Shown here piece after piece: positions 9,759 through 19,115 of a stretch of DNA of 64,000 nucleotides. The notes under the pieces are model-generated. The model did no database searches and was not told the origin of the DNA. It was given only the letters and a program-made list of their open reading frames with translations. A program made the translations under genes and the position numbers. Position 1 is the stretch's first letter. Each line of letters opens with the position of its first letter. The stretch spans positions 64,001 through 128,000 of the forward strand of contig OZ223266.1 in the NCBI GenBank assembly GCA_965140585.1. Reading direction: 5' to 3'. The stretch is from Spirochaetia bacterium (GTDB lineage: Bacteria; Spirochaetota; Spirochaetia; UBA9216).

Positions 9759-10987
9759 TTACTCTCTATCTTTTTAAAGTAGCTGCTTATCATGTCTTCT
9801 TCAAACTCTTCATTTGTACTGTATGTCCTGCCGAATACCGGTTCCCAAAGGTTGATATCCTCCATGCACATGTAAAAAAAGACTGAGTCATGCCAGGGTT
9901 TCAGTGCTTCATAGGCAAAGCGGAACATCTCTTCCTTGACCTCAAAGGGGTATGAAAACTTTCCTGCAATCTCTGTCATAGGCATCTGCAGTATCTTGCT
10001 TTTAAACATCCTGCGTTTGAGTTCGCGCATCACCGGTTTGATAAAAGTCAGTGTCCCCATTGAAACCATGGAGACATCATCAGCATTGAAGCGTTTAAGC
10101 AGTTCGCTGAAGATATAACTGTACCCTTCCTGCCAGCCTTTGTACATCACCATTGGATGAAAGTGAAAGCCGACAAGACCGCCGGCAGCAGAAACGGCCT
10201 CGGCAGCGGCAAGCCGCCTTTCAAGCGAGGCAGCAAGATGCTCCTCTTTATCTATGATGATTTCCGGATTAAGACTCCATGTTGTCACCACATTAGGCGG
10301 AATCCTGTTTCCTCGCAGGTAATCAATATTATCCGATTTTGATTTAAGTTCCAGAATCACATTCGGGTTTGTTTCGGCAAAGTCAAACAGATGCTCCATC
10401 ATTCCTTCATGGTTTCCCCACATCAGGGAATCCGATGACTGGCCTGTGCCGATGTGGTAGCGCTGATCAGGTGAAAGAGAATCACTTATAATAGAAAGTT
10501 TCTGTTTTAAGTCGGTGTGAAACTTTATTTCCCTCGTATGGTAGAAGGTCTGAATACTGCAGTAGCTGCAGTCAAATCCGCAGTTCATTACGGCATCTAG
10601 TGTTCGGAGGTTGCAGCATCTGGTTTTTTCAGAGGCAACTGGGCAGGTTCCCATAATAGGGTTTTCAGCAGGTGTCTCTGAAAGTATTGATCTCCGTTTC
10701 TCCGGTCGATACCCTGAATCGAAGCTTTCATACTGCTTATCAGACTTCTTCAGTATATCCCACCCGGTAATAAGGCTGTTCATTAAATGCTTCCGCAGAT
10801 CTTTGCCTTTTAGTTTTGAGGTTTCTTCTGCCGGCCAGAACGAAGCTATATCTCCTTCATCCCAGCGTCTGAGGTCGTCTGCAATTTCTGCGAGCTTCTT
10901 TTTATCCTGAAAACTGAATCGATACTGTGCTGCTTTTTCGTTGATGAATTTTATATCTTCATCTGTAAGCAGGCTTAAATCACGCAT
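9743..10987 (-). CDS. Radical SAM protein, spore photoproduct lyase (SplB)-like family
   Basis: CGFDCSYC, IGTGQSSDSL, LELKSKS, WSLNP, GFHFHP and YMCME motifs. Confidence 0.8.
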   Translation of the reverse strand: MRDLSLLTDEDIKFINEKAAQYRFSFQDKKKLAEIADDLRRWDEGDIASFWPAEETSKLKGKDLRKHLMNSLITGWDILKKSDKQYESFDSGYRPEKRRSILSETPAENPIMGTCPVASEKTRCCNLRTLDAVMNCGFDCSYCSIQTFYHTREIKFHTDLKQKLSIISDSLSPDQRYHIGTGQSSDSLMWGNHEGMMEHLFDFAETNPNVILELKSKSDNIDYLRGNRIPPNVVTTWSLNPEIIIDKEEHLAASLERRLAAAEAVSAAGGLVGFHFHPMVMYKGWQEGYSYIFSELLKRFNADDVSMVSMGTLTFIKPVMRELKRRMFKSKILQMPMTEIAGKFSYPFEVKEEMFRFAYEALKPWHDSVFFYMCMEDINLWEPVFGRTYSTNEEFEEDMISSYFKKIESKWKKQ

Positions 10988-11250
10988 TTAACCCCGTCAA
11001 GTGACTGCAGTTCTGCATACATCTTCTGCATTGTTTCCTTGTCGCCTAGAGTCACATCAACCCTGTAGCTAGAGTACTTTCCTCCGCTGCTTGGTTTGCT
11101 GTTCCATCCGCTGTGAGGAATTGAATACTTGTCCAGAACTTTTCCGAACCTGTCGAAAGCTGATTTATCGCAGTCATGAGCCATGCAGATTATCTTCAGC
11201 TGAAATGATACAGGAAAAAGAATTTCCTGCTTTTGCTGTTGTAAATCCAT
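10975..11250 (-). CDS. DUF493/YbeD family protein
   Basis: FPVSFQLKII…KPSSGGKYSSY…MYAEL…GVKCVI pattern. Confidence 0.8.
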   Translation of the reverse strand: MDLQQQKQEILFPVSFQLKIICMAHDCDKSAFDRFGKVLDKYSIPHSGWNSKPSSGGKYSSYRVDVTLGDKETMQKMYAELQSLDGVKCVI

Positions 11251-11302
11251 AGTTCACTGAGTATCATGAATAGGCTTATAGATCAAGTGAAGGAGGCTTC
11301 AT

Positions 11303-12073
11303 GTGTTCATAGATTTACGTGAAGACTGGTTTGAGACCGAAGAATTCTGGGAAAGGTACCGCCCTCTGATGTTCGATCCTGACAGGATGGCTGATACAGA
11401 GGAGGAAGCCGACGGCATTGCAGTTCTGGCCGGCCTTAAATCCGGAAGCAGAATCCTTGATCTCTGCTGCGGGGAAGGGCGGCATGACCTGGTGTTTGCC
11501 GAAAGAGGGTATTCAGTAACCGGGGTTGATATTACAAAGCCCTACCTGAAACGTGCGCGGGCCGCAGCAGACAAAGCAGGGCTTGAAGTTGAATACGTTG
11601 AGCAGGATGTGCGCAGCTTTAAGCGGCCGGAAAGTTACGATTTTGCACTCAATTTCTTCACATCCTTCGGTTACTTTGATGATGAAGAGGATGATCTTCA
11701 GATGTGCAGGAATGTATGCGAATCGCTGGTTCCCGGCGGTCAGTTTCTCATCGACACCATCGGAAAAGAAACTACAGCCCTGCATTTTAAGAACTCCGAA
11801 TGGTTTCAGCGTGACGGCTATCATATCATGCTTCAGTACCGGATAACAGATGGCTGGACTCATCTTGAAAACCGCTGGATCTTTGTTTCCGATTCACATG
11901 AACAGCCCTCGGAGCTTAATGAAATAATATTCAGGCACCGTCTGTATTCGGCAAAGGAAATGGCTCTTATGCTGGCGGAAGCCGGTTTTTCAGAAGTCAG
12001 ATTTTTCGGGGCGCTGGACGGAAGGCCCTATGATCATAAAGCACAGCGAATGTTAGTATTAGCAGTGAGGTAA
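11303..12073 (+). CDS. Class I SAM-dependent methyltransferase
   Basis: ILDLCCGEGRH, GVDI, FTSFGYF and LVPGGQFLID motifs. Confidence 0.9.
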   Translation: MFIDLREDWFETEEFWERYRPLMFDPDRMADTEEEADGIAVLAGLKSGSRILDLCCGEGRHDLVFAERGYSVTGVDITKPYLKRARAAADKAGLEVEYVEQDVRSFKRPESYDFALNFFTSFGYFDDEEDDLQMCRNVCESLVPGGQFLIDTIGKETTALHFKNSEWFQRDGYHIMLQYRITDGWTHLENRWIFVSDSHEQPSELNEIIFRHRLYSAKEMALMLAEAGFSEVRFFGALDGRPYDHKAQRMLVLAVR

Positions 12074-12116
12074 TAATTGCAGATTAAACAATATTCTGCT
12101 AATATCGATCTTAGGG

Positions 12117-13910
12117 ATGAAAAACTTCGTAAATAAGGGTCTTCCGGTAGTTTTTCCGTCACTGTTAATGCTGCTTTTACTGGGCTCATGTGTACCCCAT
12201 GTTCATAAACATACGGCTCAAAAAGGCATAATAGACCTTAGAACCGAAGCAGAGCTTGAATCAACTATAATTGAGCTGGAAGGAAGCTGGGCATTCTTCT
12301 GGGAAGAGTTCTGTAGTACAGAAAATTTCTCAAACTATGCACCTGAAAACGCTGATGAGTTTATCGGTGTACCGGGATACTGGAATCCGCATATAAGAGG
12401 CACCGGAGTTTACTCTGTCAGGCTTCTTCTCCCTGAAAACCGCCCCGCAAATCTTTGCCTTAAGCTTTCAAATGTTCTGCAGAGCTACACAGTTTTTGTG
12501 AACGGCGAAGAAGTTTTCTTGGCGGGAAGGCCCTCCACCGATCCTGAAAGTTTTGAAGGAGAATCTCTTCCCGCCATGATACCGCTGCCGGAAACAGGAG
12601 ATACACTTGATCTGGTTTTCAATGTTTCAAGCTGGACTGATATATTCGGCGGTCTGAACCGGGACATATTCTTCGGAAATTTCTATACTCTGAATAAGTT
12701 CAGAGAAAAGCACCTTGCCCTTGATGCCGTTATATTCGGAGCCGTGATAATAATCGGTATATACCATCTTGCAATTTTTCTGATGAATTCAACTCAGCAT
12801 CTGAGGCTGCCTTATCTATTTCTGGGGATAGTCTTTATACTTATAGCCCTGTTTATCGGCTGTAAGGATGAGCTGCTTTTTAAGAGCATATTTGAGAACT
12901 TTAGCTCAAGTACCCGTACCAGATTCATTTATTCTGCTCTGGTCTTATCCATCCCGATGTTTTTCTGCTATCTGTATTTTTCTTTCCCGGTTATGTTTTT
13001 CCGGAAAGTTTTACTGATCGTAATAGGCGTTTCCGCTGTAGGATGGCTGCCTATACTTTTTACTAAACCTCAGTTTTTTACCAGACTCCTGGTGCCGCTT
13101 GAAGCCTTCAGTATTATTGTAATTCTGTACACGATATTTGCCATTGTTACCCGCTCGGTGCAGAAGCTTGATTTTCTATCCATTGCCTATCTGTTTGGAT
13201 ACCTGATGCTTGTGACAGCCACAATACTTGGAATGTTTGACAATCAGCTGCTTGTTCCGCCTAACAGTCCGCATATAATGTTTCTTGTATTTACCATCTA
13301 CCAGACATTTCTGCAGGCTTATAATACCTCATCTGCATATACAAAAATCAACAAGTTAAGTGATGCCTTTCTTGCGATGGAGAAGGAGACTGAAAAACTC
13401 TACGACCTCTCCTATGTTGATCCGCTTACCGAGCTTGCAAACCGTAGGTATCTCAACGAATACATGCAGAAACTCTGGGACCGCAACAGGCTTACCGAGG
13501 TTTCTTTCGGAATGATGATGATCGATATCGATTATTTCAAACTGTATAACGATCGTTACGGACACATGGCTGGAGATGAATGTCTGAAGGCTGTAGCTTC
13601 CGCATTAAGCGACTCTCTCAACCGGCGCGGCGATCTTATTGCCCGTTACGGCGGAGAGGAATTTGTAGCTGTTATACCGAACTGTGAAATAGCCGAGCTT
13701 GAGAGAATAGCTGAACGTCTGCGCGAGAATATCGAGGATCTCGGAATAGAGCATATAGATTCTGAATGTTCGGAATCCGTCACAGTAAGCGCAGGCATTA
13801 CAACTGCCGTTCCTTCATCTGAAATGAAGTGGTATGACATTCTGCATATCGCAGATACCGCTTTGTATTCAGCAAAGCGGAAGGGGCGAAACCGGGTAGA
13901 AAAGAGCTGA
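12117..13910 (+). CDS. Membrane diguanylate cyclase (7TM-DISM-like sensor plus GGDEF)
   Basis: Extracytoplasmic LEGSWAFFW domain, about 7 hydrophobic helices, DPLTELANRR, DIDYFK, RxxD I-site (RRGD) and RYGGEEF. Confidence 0.9.
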   Translation: MKNFVNKGLPVVFPSLLMLLLLGSCVPHVHKHTAQKGIIDLRTEAELESTIIELEGSWAFFWEEFCSTENFSNYAPENADEFIGVPGYWNPHIRGTGVYSVRLLLPENRPANLCLKLSNVLQSYTVFVNGEEVFLAGRPSTDPESFEGESLPAMIPLPETGDTLDLVFNVSSWTDIFGGLNRDIFFGNFYTLNKFREKHLALDAVIFGAVIIIGIYHLAIFLMNSTQHLRLPYLFLGIVFILIALFIGCKDELLFKSIFENFSSSTRTRFIYSALVLSIPMFFCYLYFSFPVMFFRKVLLIVIGVSAVGWLPILFTKPQFFTRLLVPLEAFSIIVILYTIFAIVTRSVQKLDFLSIAYLFGYLMLVTATILGMFDNQLLVPPNSPHIMFLVFTIYQTFLQAYNTSSAYTKINKLSDAFLAMEKETEKLYDLSYVDPLTELANRRYLNEYMQKLWDRNRLTEVSFGMMMIDIDYFKLYNDRYGHMAGDECLKAVASALSDSLNRRGDLIARYGGEEFVAVIPNCEIAELERIAERLRENIEDLGIEHIDSECSESVTVSAGITTAVPSSEMKWYDILHIADTALYSAKRKGRNRVEKS

Positions 13911-13920
13911 ACCGATATAA

Positions 13921-13946
13921 AAAAGGCAGCCTGTAAAGACTGCCTT
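13921..13946. terminator. Stem-loop between convergent genes
   Basis: aaggcag…ctgcctt inverted repeat. The A-run to its left is a U-tract on the minus strand. Confidence 0.6.
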
Positions 13947-13968
13947 GACGGGAAATAGGGAATATAAT

Positions 13969-15408
13969 TTAAAAAGGAAACTGCATATCTGTTTTCTCAA
14001 TCGTGACCCATTTTACGTCCGACAGTTCTTCAAGCGAATATCTGCCGCCTTCACGGCCCTGGCCGCTCCATTTACATCCGCCGAACGGACAGGTTGCATC
14101 AGCATCAACTGACGATGCACCTACGTGAACCATTCCGGCTTCGAGGCCTTCAGATAAATACAAAGCTTTCTGTATATCTTTTGTCAGCACCGCTGAAGAT
14201 AATCCGTATGTTGTGTCATTTGCAACCTCAAGTGCTTCTTTTTCATTCTCAACCGCAATTATTGATGCAACGGGGCCGAAGGTTTCTTCATAGAAAATAT
14301 CCATCTCCTTAGTTACCCCGCCGAGGACAGTAGGCTGATAGACTCTGCCTTCAAATTTACCGCCGCTTAGGAGTTTTGCTCCCTTTGCAACCGCATCCTT
14401 AACCAGGCGATCAACTTTCTGCACAGCCTTGTCATTTATGAGCGGGCCAACAACTGTCTGCTGGGCTTTCGGATCTCCGTATGGGATTGAGGCAGCCTTC
14501 TTTGCAAGCCTTGCACTGAATTCTTCAATTATATCTTTCTCTACTATTATCCTTCCAACACACATGCATATCTGTCCCTGATGCATGAATGTACCGAACG
14601 CTGCAGTATTTACTGCGTAATTAATATCAGTATCCTTGAGTATAATTAAAGGATTTTTACCACCGAGTTCAAGGGTGTAGCCTTTTAGGTTTTCAGCTGC
14701 CTTCATCGCAACATGGCGCCCGGTATTTGTTTCTCCGGTAATGGTAATAAAGGAACTCCGGCTGTCTTCGATCAGCGCATCACCAAGTACACTGCCGGGA
14801 CCGGTAAGAATGTTCAGTACACCGGCTGGTAAGCCGGCTTTTTCAAAGATTTCACCGATTTTAAGACCAAGTACTGGTGTTTCACTTGCGGGCTTGAATA
14901 CCACAGTATTACCGGTTGCCAGGGAATAGGCTATTTTATACATTGAAAGAATGAGTGGGAAATTCCAGGGAGAAATTGCGACAACGGTTCCCTTGGGACT
15001 TAGAATAGAATAAGAAAGTTTTCCGGGATTTGAATGGAAGGTTTCACCAAGTATGTTTTTACAGTCGCCGCCTGCAGTGTAAAGCAGGTCGATTGTCTGT
15101 GAAATTTCAAACATGCTCTTGCCGAAGGTTCCGCCGCCCTCTTCGGTTAGAACCGCGGCAAAATCCATCATACTTTCAGAGAGTATTCCGGCTGCCTTGA
15201 ACAGAACTTCCGCCCGCTTGGCCGGAGCTGTTGATTCCCAGACTTTTCGTGCCGAATAAGCTGCCCCCAGTGCTCTGTCTGCGTCTTCTTTTCCGCCTTT
15301 AGGGACTTTTGCATACAGTTCACCTGTGTATGGATTAAAATCATCAAATGTCTGTCCTGAAGCTGCATCTTCCCATTTACCATTGATATAAAGTTTATAA
15401 GTGTTCAT
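13969..15408 (-). CDS. NAD(P)+-dependent aldehyde dehydrogenase (benzaldehyde/vanillin dehydrogenase-like)
   Basis: ISPWNFP, LELGGKNP, FMHQGQICM, EETFGP and PFGG motifs. Confidence 0.9.
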   Translation of the reverse strand: MNTYKLYINGKWEDAASGQTFDDFNPYTGELYAKVPKGGKEDADRALGAAYSARKVWESTAPAKRAEVLFKAAGILSESMMDFAAVLTEEGGGTFGKSMFEISQTIDLLYTAGGDCKNILGETFHSNPGKLSYSILSPKGTVVAISPWNFPLILSMYKIAYSLATGNTVVFKPASETPVLGLKIGEIFEKAGLPAGVLNILTGPGSVLGDALIEDSRSSFITITGETNTGRHVAMKAAENLKGYTLELGGKNPLIILKDTDINYAVNTAAFGTFMHQGQICMCVGRIIVEKDIIEEFSARLAKKAASIPYGDPKAQQTVVGPLINDKAVQKVDRLVKDAVAKGAKLLSGGKFEGRVYQPTVLGGVTKEMDIFYEETFGPVASIIAVENEKEALEVANDTTYGLSSAVLTKDIQKALYLSEGLEAGMVHVGASSVDADATCPFGGCKWSGQGREGGRYSLEELSDVKWVTIEKTDMQFPF

Positions 15409-15429
15409 TTTTTTCTCCGTAGAATCTTT

Positions 15430-16527
15430 TTATTTCTGCACAAGTACAGGTTTTATAACCAATCCTTTTTCCATATCTTCAACCGCCTTGTTTATTTCCT
15501 CAAAGGGGTAGAATTTTATCAGCTTGTCATAAGGGAAATTTCCCTGCCTGTTGAGTTCTATCAGTCGCGGAATGAAAAGATCGGGTACTGCATCACCTTC
15601 TATGATTCCTTTCACAGTTCTGCCGTTCATTATCAGATCCATATTAAGATTAACCTCTGTTCCGGGGGCAACAACGCCTACAAGTCCTGCAACTCCAAGC
15701 AGGGGAAGCACATCAGTCGTCTGTCTGAATACCGCCGGATTTCCAATACATTCAAGACTGAAATTCGGTCCGCCGTCCGTGATTCTGATTATCTCCTGTA
15801 CGGGGTCCGTTTCTGCAGGATTAACGGTATGGGTAGCTCCGAATTCTTTTGCAAGCTCAAGTCTTCCGGGTTTTATATCAACGGCTATGATTGTTGTGCA
15901 TCCCATTACTTTTGCCGCCATTATTGCACTCATTCCCACAGTCCCGGTTCCGAATACCGCAATTGAGTCTCCGGGGGAGGGCTTAAGAGCATTCATTACA
16001 GCGCCTGCGCCGGTCATCACTCCGCATCCAAGTGGCCCCATGATTTCAAGAGGTACATCATTGGGTACTTTGACCACATTTTTTTCAAGAGCAAGGGCAT
16101 GACTTGCAAAAGATGACTGTCCAAAGAAGTTTCCATGAATGGTTTTTCCGTTTTTACTGAGATAAGTAGAACCGTCGTTTCGTACCCCGCCGAAATTCAG
16201 CCTCAGGAAGTCACTGCAGTACGGATCCCTACCTGATTTGCAGGCATCACATACTCCGCAGCTTAACCAGGCTAGTGCCACATGATCACCGGGTTTTACT
16301 TTTGAGACTTTTGACCCGATCTTCTCAACTACACCGGAGCCCTCATGTCCAAGCACTCCCGGAAGCGGATAGGGAATATACTGGTTTCTTGCTGAAAGAT
16401 CTGTATGACAGATTCCGGTTGTTTTAATTTTTACAAGTACTTCATAATCACCGGGGTCTTCCATCTGAACAGTTTCAATGATGAAGTCACTGCCTGCTTC
16501 ATAGGTAACTGCTGCTTTAATATCCAT
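15430..16527 (-). CDS. Zn-dependent alcohol dehydrogenase (aryl-alcohol dehydrogenase-like)
   Basis: GICHTD, GHEGSG, CGVCDAC…C, FFGQSSFA, PLGCG.MTGAG and GIIEGD motifs. Confidence 0.9.
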   Translation of the reverse strand: MDIKAAVTYEAGSDFIIETVQMEDPGDYEVLVKIKTTGICHTDLSARNQYIPYPLPGVLGHEGSGVVEKIGSKVSKVKPGDHVALAWLSCGVCDACKSGRDPYCSDFLRLNFGGVRNDGSTYLSKNGKTIHGNFFGQSSFASHALALEKNVVKVPNDVPLEIMGPLGCGVMTGAGAVMNALKPSPGDSIAVFGTGTVGMSAIMAAKVMGCTTIIAVDIKPGRLELAKEFGATHTVNPAETDPVQEIIRITDGGPNFSLECIGNPAVFRQTTDVLPLLGVAGLVGVVAPGTEVNLNMDLIMNGRTVKGIIEGDAVPDLFIPRLIELNRQGNFPYDKLIKFYPFEEINKAVEDMEKGLVIKPVLVQK

Positions 16528-16539
16528 TAACTTTCTCCT

Positions 16540-17724
16540 TTACTGTGCTGCTGCCGGTTTTTTTCCGGATTTCAGATTTTTTGATATACCCCATGCAAGA
16601 GCGGCAAGTCCCATGACCGCGAAGAGTATTGCACCGCTTATAAAGGCAAACTTATTCACATCTTCGCTCATCAGCGCAGATACCGGAGTGATGACATATG
16701 GGCATAGGAATGAACCGAGGTTCTGGCCCATTACAACGATTGACATTGCCAGCGGTACGGCTACAGGACTTACAGAAGTTGATGTGCCCACCATTACGCT
16801 TGCGAATACCGTTGTGATTGAACAGCCGTATAAGAGGCTTCCGATGTAGACAAGCAGAATATTCGGTGAGAAGGCAATGATAAGAAAAGCTGCCGTACCC
16901 ATGAAAAGGCCGATAGCAAGTGACGCATTCTTTGCTGACTGCGCTATCTTTCCGTAAAACAAACCCATAAGAAAACCGCCTACAGCAAATATCATTGTTG
17001 CCTGGCCGGCCTGTGCTGCTGTCCCGAGCTCATGGGCAGTTATGAAGAAGGCCATGTAGGTTGCAAGTATCATTCCGCCTATGAAAAAGATCATCATAGT
17101 TACTGCCCAGCCGATTGCCGCAGATGTAAGTTTTGGTTTTTCTGCCGATGCGGCTGCACCGGATTTAATGGGTTTGATTGCAGGAAGAAATGCTGCAACA
17201 CAGATAAACGATATTACTGAAATCAGATGAACATAAAAGGTTATGTTCCAGCCGGCCATTGCAAGGTATCCGCTTACAAATACCATCACGGCACAACCCA
17301 GCATCTGGGCTGATGAAAGATGTCCCATAACAAAAGATCTTTCATCACCTTCAAAGTTAGCCGCTACAAGTGCTGATGACAGCACCTGAACAGTTCCTAT
17401 TCCGATTCCGAGAACAGCCCTTAATATTAGAATCGCTGAGAATGAATTCAGGAATGCCGGGATTGTACCTCCGGCCAGAAAACACAGTATACCGAAGAGC
17501 ACCAGTGTTTTCATTGAAATATATTCCTGAAGCTTACCGATAATCGGATTAACAATAATTATTACAATACAAGGAAGTGTTATAAGCAGCTGAATGGAGG
17601 TCTGACTGATTCCGCTGAAATGTTTTCCAATTTCCGAAAGCCCGCTTGCTATTCCCATTACACCCATCATGAGAATCGCAAAACTGAAAATTGCGATTTT
17701 TACCTTTGTTTTAGAAGTCTCCAT
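16540..17724 (-). CDS. MFS transporter
   Basis: About 12 hydrophobic helices in 394 aa, with an LRAVLGIG motif. Confidence 0.85.
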   Translation of the reverse strand: METSKTKVKIAIFSFAILMMGVMGIASGLSEIGKHFSGISQTSIQLLITLPCIVIIIVNPIIGKLQEYISMKTLVLFGILCFLAGGTIPAFLNSFSAILILRAVLGIGIGTVQVLSSALVAANFEGDERSFVMGHLSSAQMLGCAVMVFVSGYLAMAGWNITFYVHLISVISFICVAAFLPAIKPIKSGAAASAEKPKLTSAAIGWAVTMMIFFIGGMILATYMAFFITAHELGTAAQAGQATMIFAVGGFLMGLFYGKIAQSAKNASLAIGLFMGTAAFLIIAFSPNILLVYIGSLLYGCSITTVFASVMVGTSTSVSPVAVPLAMSIVVMGQNLGSFLCPYVITPVSALMSEDVNKFAFISGAILFAVMGLAALAWGISKNLKSGKKPAAAQ

Positions 17725-17816
17725 ATAATTCCTTCTGAAAATGAGATTTAAAGGCCTTTATGAGGATATTCTAAATGGTAAAATTCTGGTTGAGTATTAT
17801 ACGAAAGTAGAATTTT

Positions 17817-18932
17817 TCAGGAGTTATGGCCGGACAGTATCTTCTGAATCAGGGAGGCACGGTTGCTTACCTCCATCTTGTTGAAGATATTCTGAAGGTG
17901 CTTTTTTACAGTAACTTCGCTGATAAACAGTTCTTTTGCGATTTGTGAATTGCTCAGGCCTTTGATAACCTGATTAACTACTTCAGTTTCACGTGTGCTT
18001 AGTCTGTAGGATTCTGAAATACTTATGTTATCCTGTGCTGCAAGCTTCGCTGTCTCATTGAAGTTGATCAGTATAAAATCTCCCCTTTTCTGTAGATCAT
18101 TATTTTCAATAAAATCCGAGCGGACAGAAAAGGTGGAAGTCCCGTTTTTAAAAATTCTCTTTCTGGGCAGAATCAGATCAGGATTATGTTTGACGCTTAG
18201 TTCATCAAGCATTTCAGAGTAATCCCTGACTACCTGCGGATGAATGTCGTTAAAACCCTTTATCTCAAAGGAATCTGTCCGAAGCCGTTTGCAGAGCTGC
18301 ATCGCCCTGCTGTTCATGTGAATAAGCCTTTTGGATGAATCAAGCAGCATCAGCCCGCTGTTCAGATTATCTTCAATCATCCGTAAAAGGCTGTTGTTGT
18401 TTTCCATTTCTGCTTTCATTCTATTCATTTCAACAGCCTGGATCATAAAGGGTGTTATTTCTTTTGCGGTAGTGATTTCTTCTTCTGTGAAATTACCGCT
18501 TTCCTTTGATTTTGTGAGCAGAATTTTCCCGAGTAGTTCCTTGCCGGATTTTAATGAAACAATCAGCTTGTAATGTATTTTCTGCGGAGAAAGGAAGTCC
18601 GAATAATACTCACTGCGTTCACAGCCTGAGTAATCAACATTTTCCACTAATTCGATATCGATTAAGTTATGTTTCTGCAGTCCCATCAAATCAAGAGGGT
18701 CAAAACGGTGGTAATAGCTTTTATAGTCTTTGTTGTACTGCTCATCCATATTGGCTTTCAGTACATCGGTGAAATGTTCGCTGTCTTCCTTCTGGAAATA
18801 GATGGAACTCTCGCCCCCGAAGTTTTTATTGTACAGATCCAGGATTTTCTGATTCACACAGCCGCTGTTGTTTGATATTTTAGCGGTATCTATAACATCG
18901 AGAATATCTTTTAGAGGGAGGCTTTCGGTCAT
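17817..18932 (-). CDS. LuxR-family regulator with an N-terminal sensor domain
   Basis: C-terminal LSTRETEV…GLSNSQIAKELFISEVTVKKHLQNIFNK. Start placed at MTESLP, which follows GGAG/AGGA. Confidence 0.85.
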   Translation of the reverse strand: MTESLPLKDILDVIDTAKISNNSGCVNQKILDLYNKNFGGESSIYFQKEDSEHFTDVLKANMDEQYNKDYKSYYHRFDPLDLMGLQKHNLIDIELVENVDYSGCERSEYYSDFLSPQKIHYKLIVSLKSGKELLGKILLTKSKESGNFTEEEITTAKEITPFMIQAVEMNRMKAEMENNNSLLRMIEDNLNSGLMLLDSSKRLIHMNSRAMQLCKRLRTDSFEIKGFNDIHPQVVRDYSEMLDELSVKHNPDLILPRKRIFKNGTSTFSVRSDFIENNDLQKRGDFILINFNETAKLAAQDNISISESYRLSTRETEVVNQVIKGLSNSQIAKELFISEVTVKKHLQNIFNKMEVSNRASLIQKILSGHNS

Positions 18933-19044
18933 TTGACTATTCCTGCTCCAGTTAAATTTCAGAATCAGGCAAGATGTCAGTATCTCAGAATATAATGGGC
19001 ATGATCCGCTGTCAAGCTTTTTATCGAATGTATTCGATTGGCGG

Positions 19045-19083
19045 TCCATCCTGTATCGTCGGATGGCGACGATACAGGATGGA
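19045..19083. repeat. Perfect 17-bp inverted repeat with a 5-nt loop
   Basis: tccatcctgtatcgtcg-gatgg-cgacgatacaggatgga. Confidence 0.9.
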
Positions 19084-19115
19084 TTTAATATTTATCACCT
19101 AAAGAATTCAGAGAC

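Noticed and set aside
15551-16102. 183-aa plus-strand ORF
   Set aside because: It is an antisense shadow of the alcohol dehydrogenase gene.
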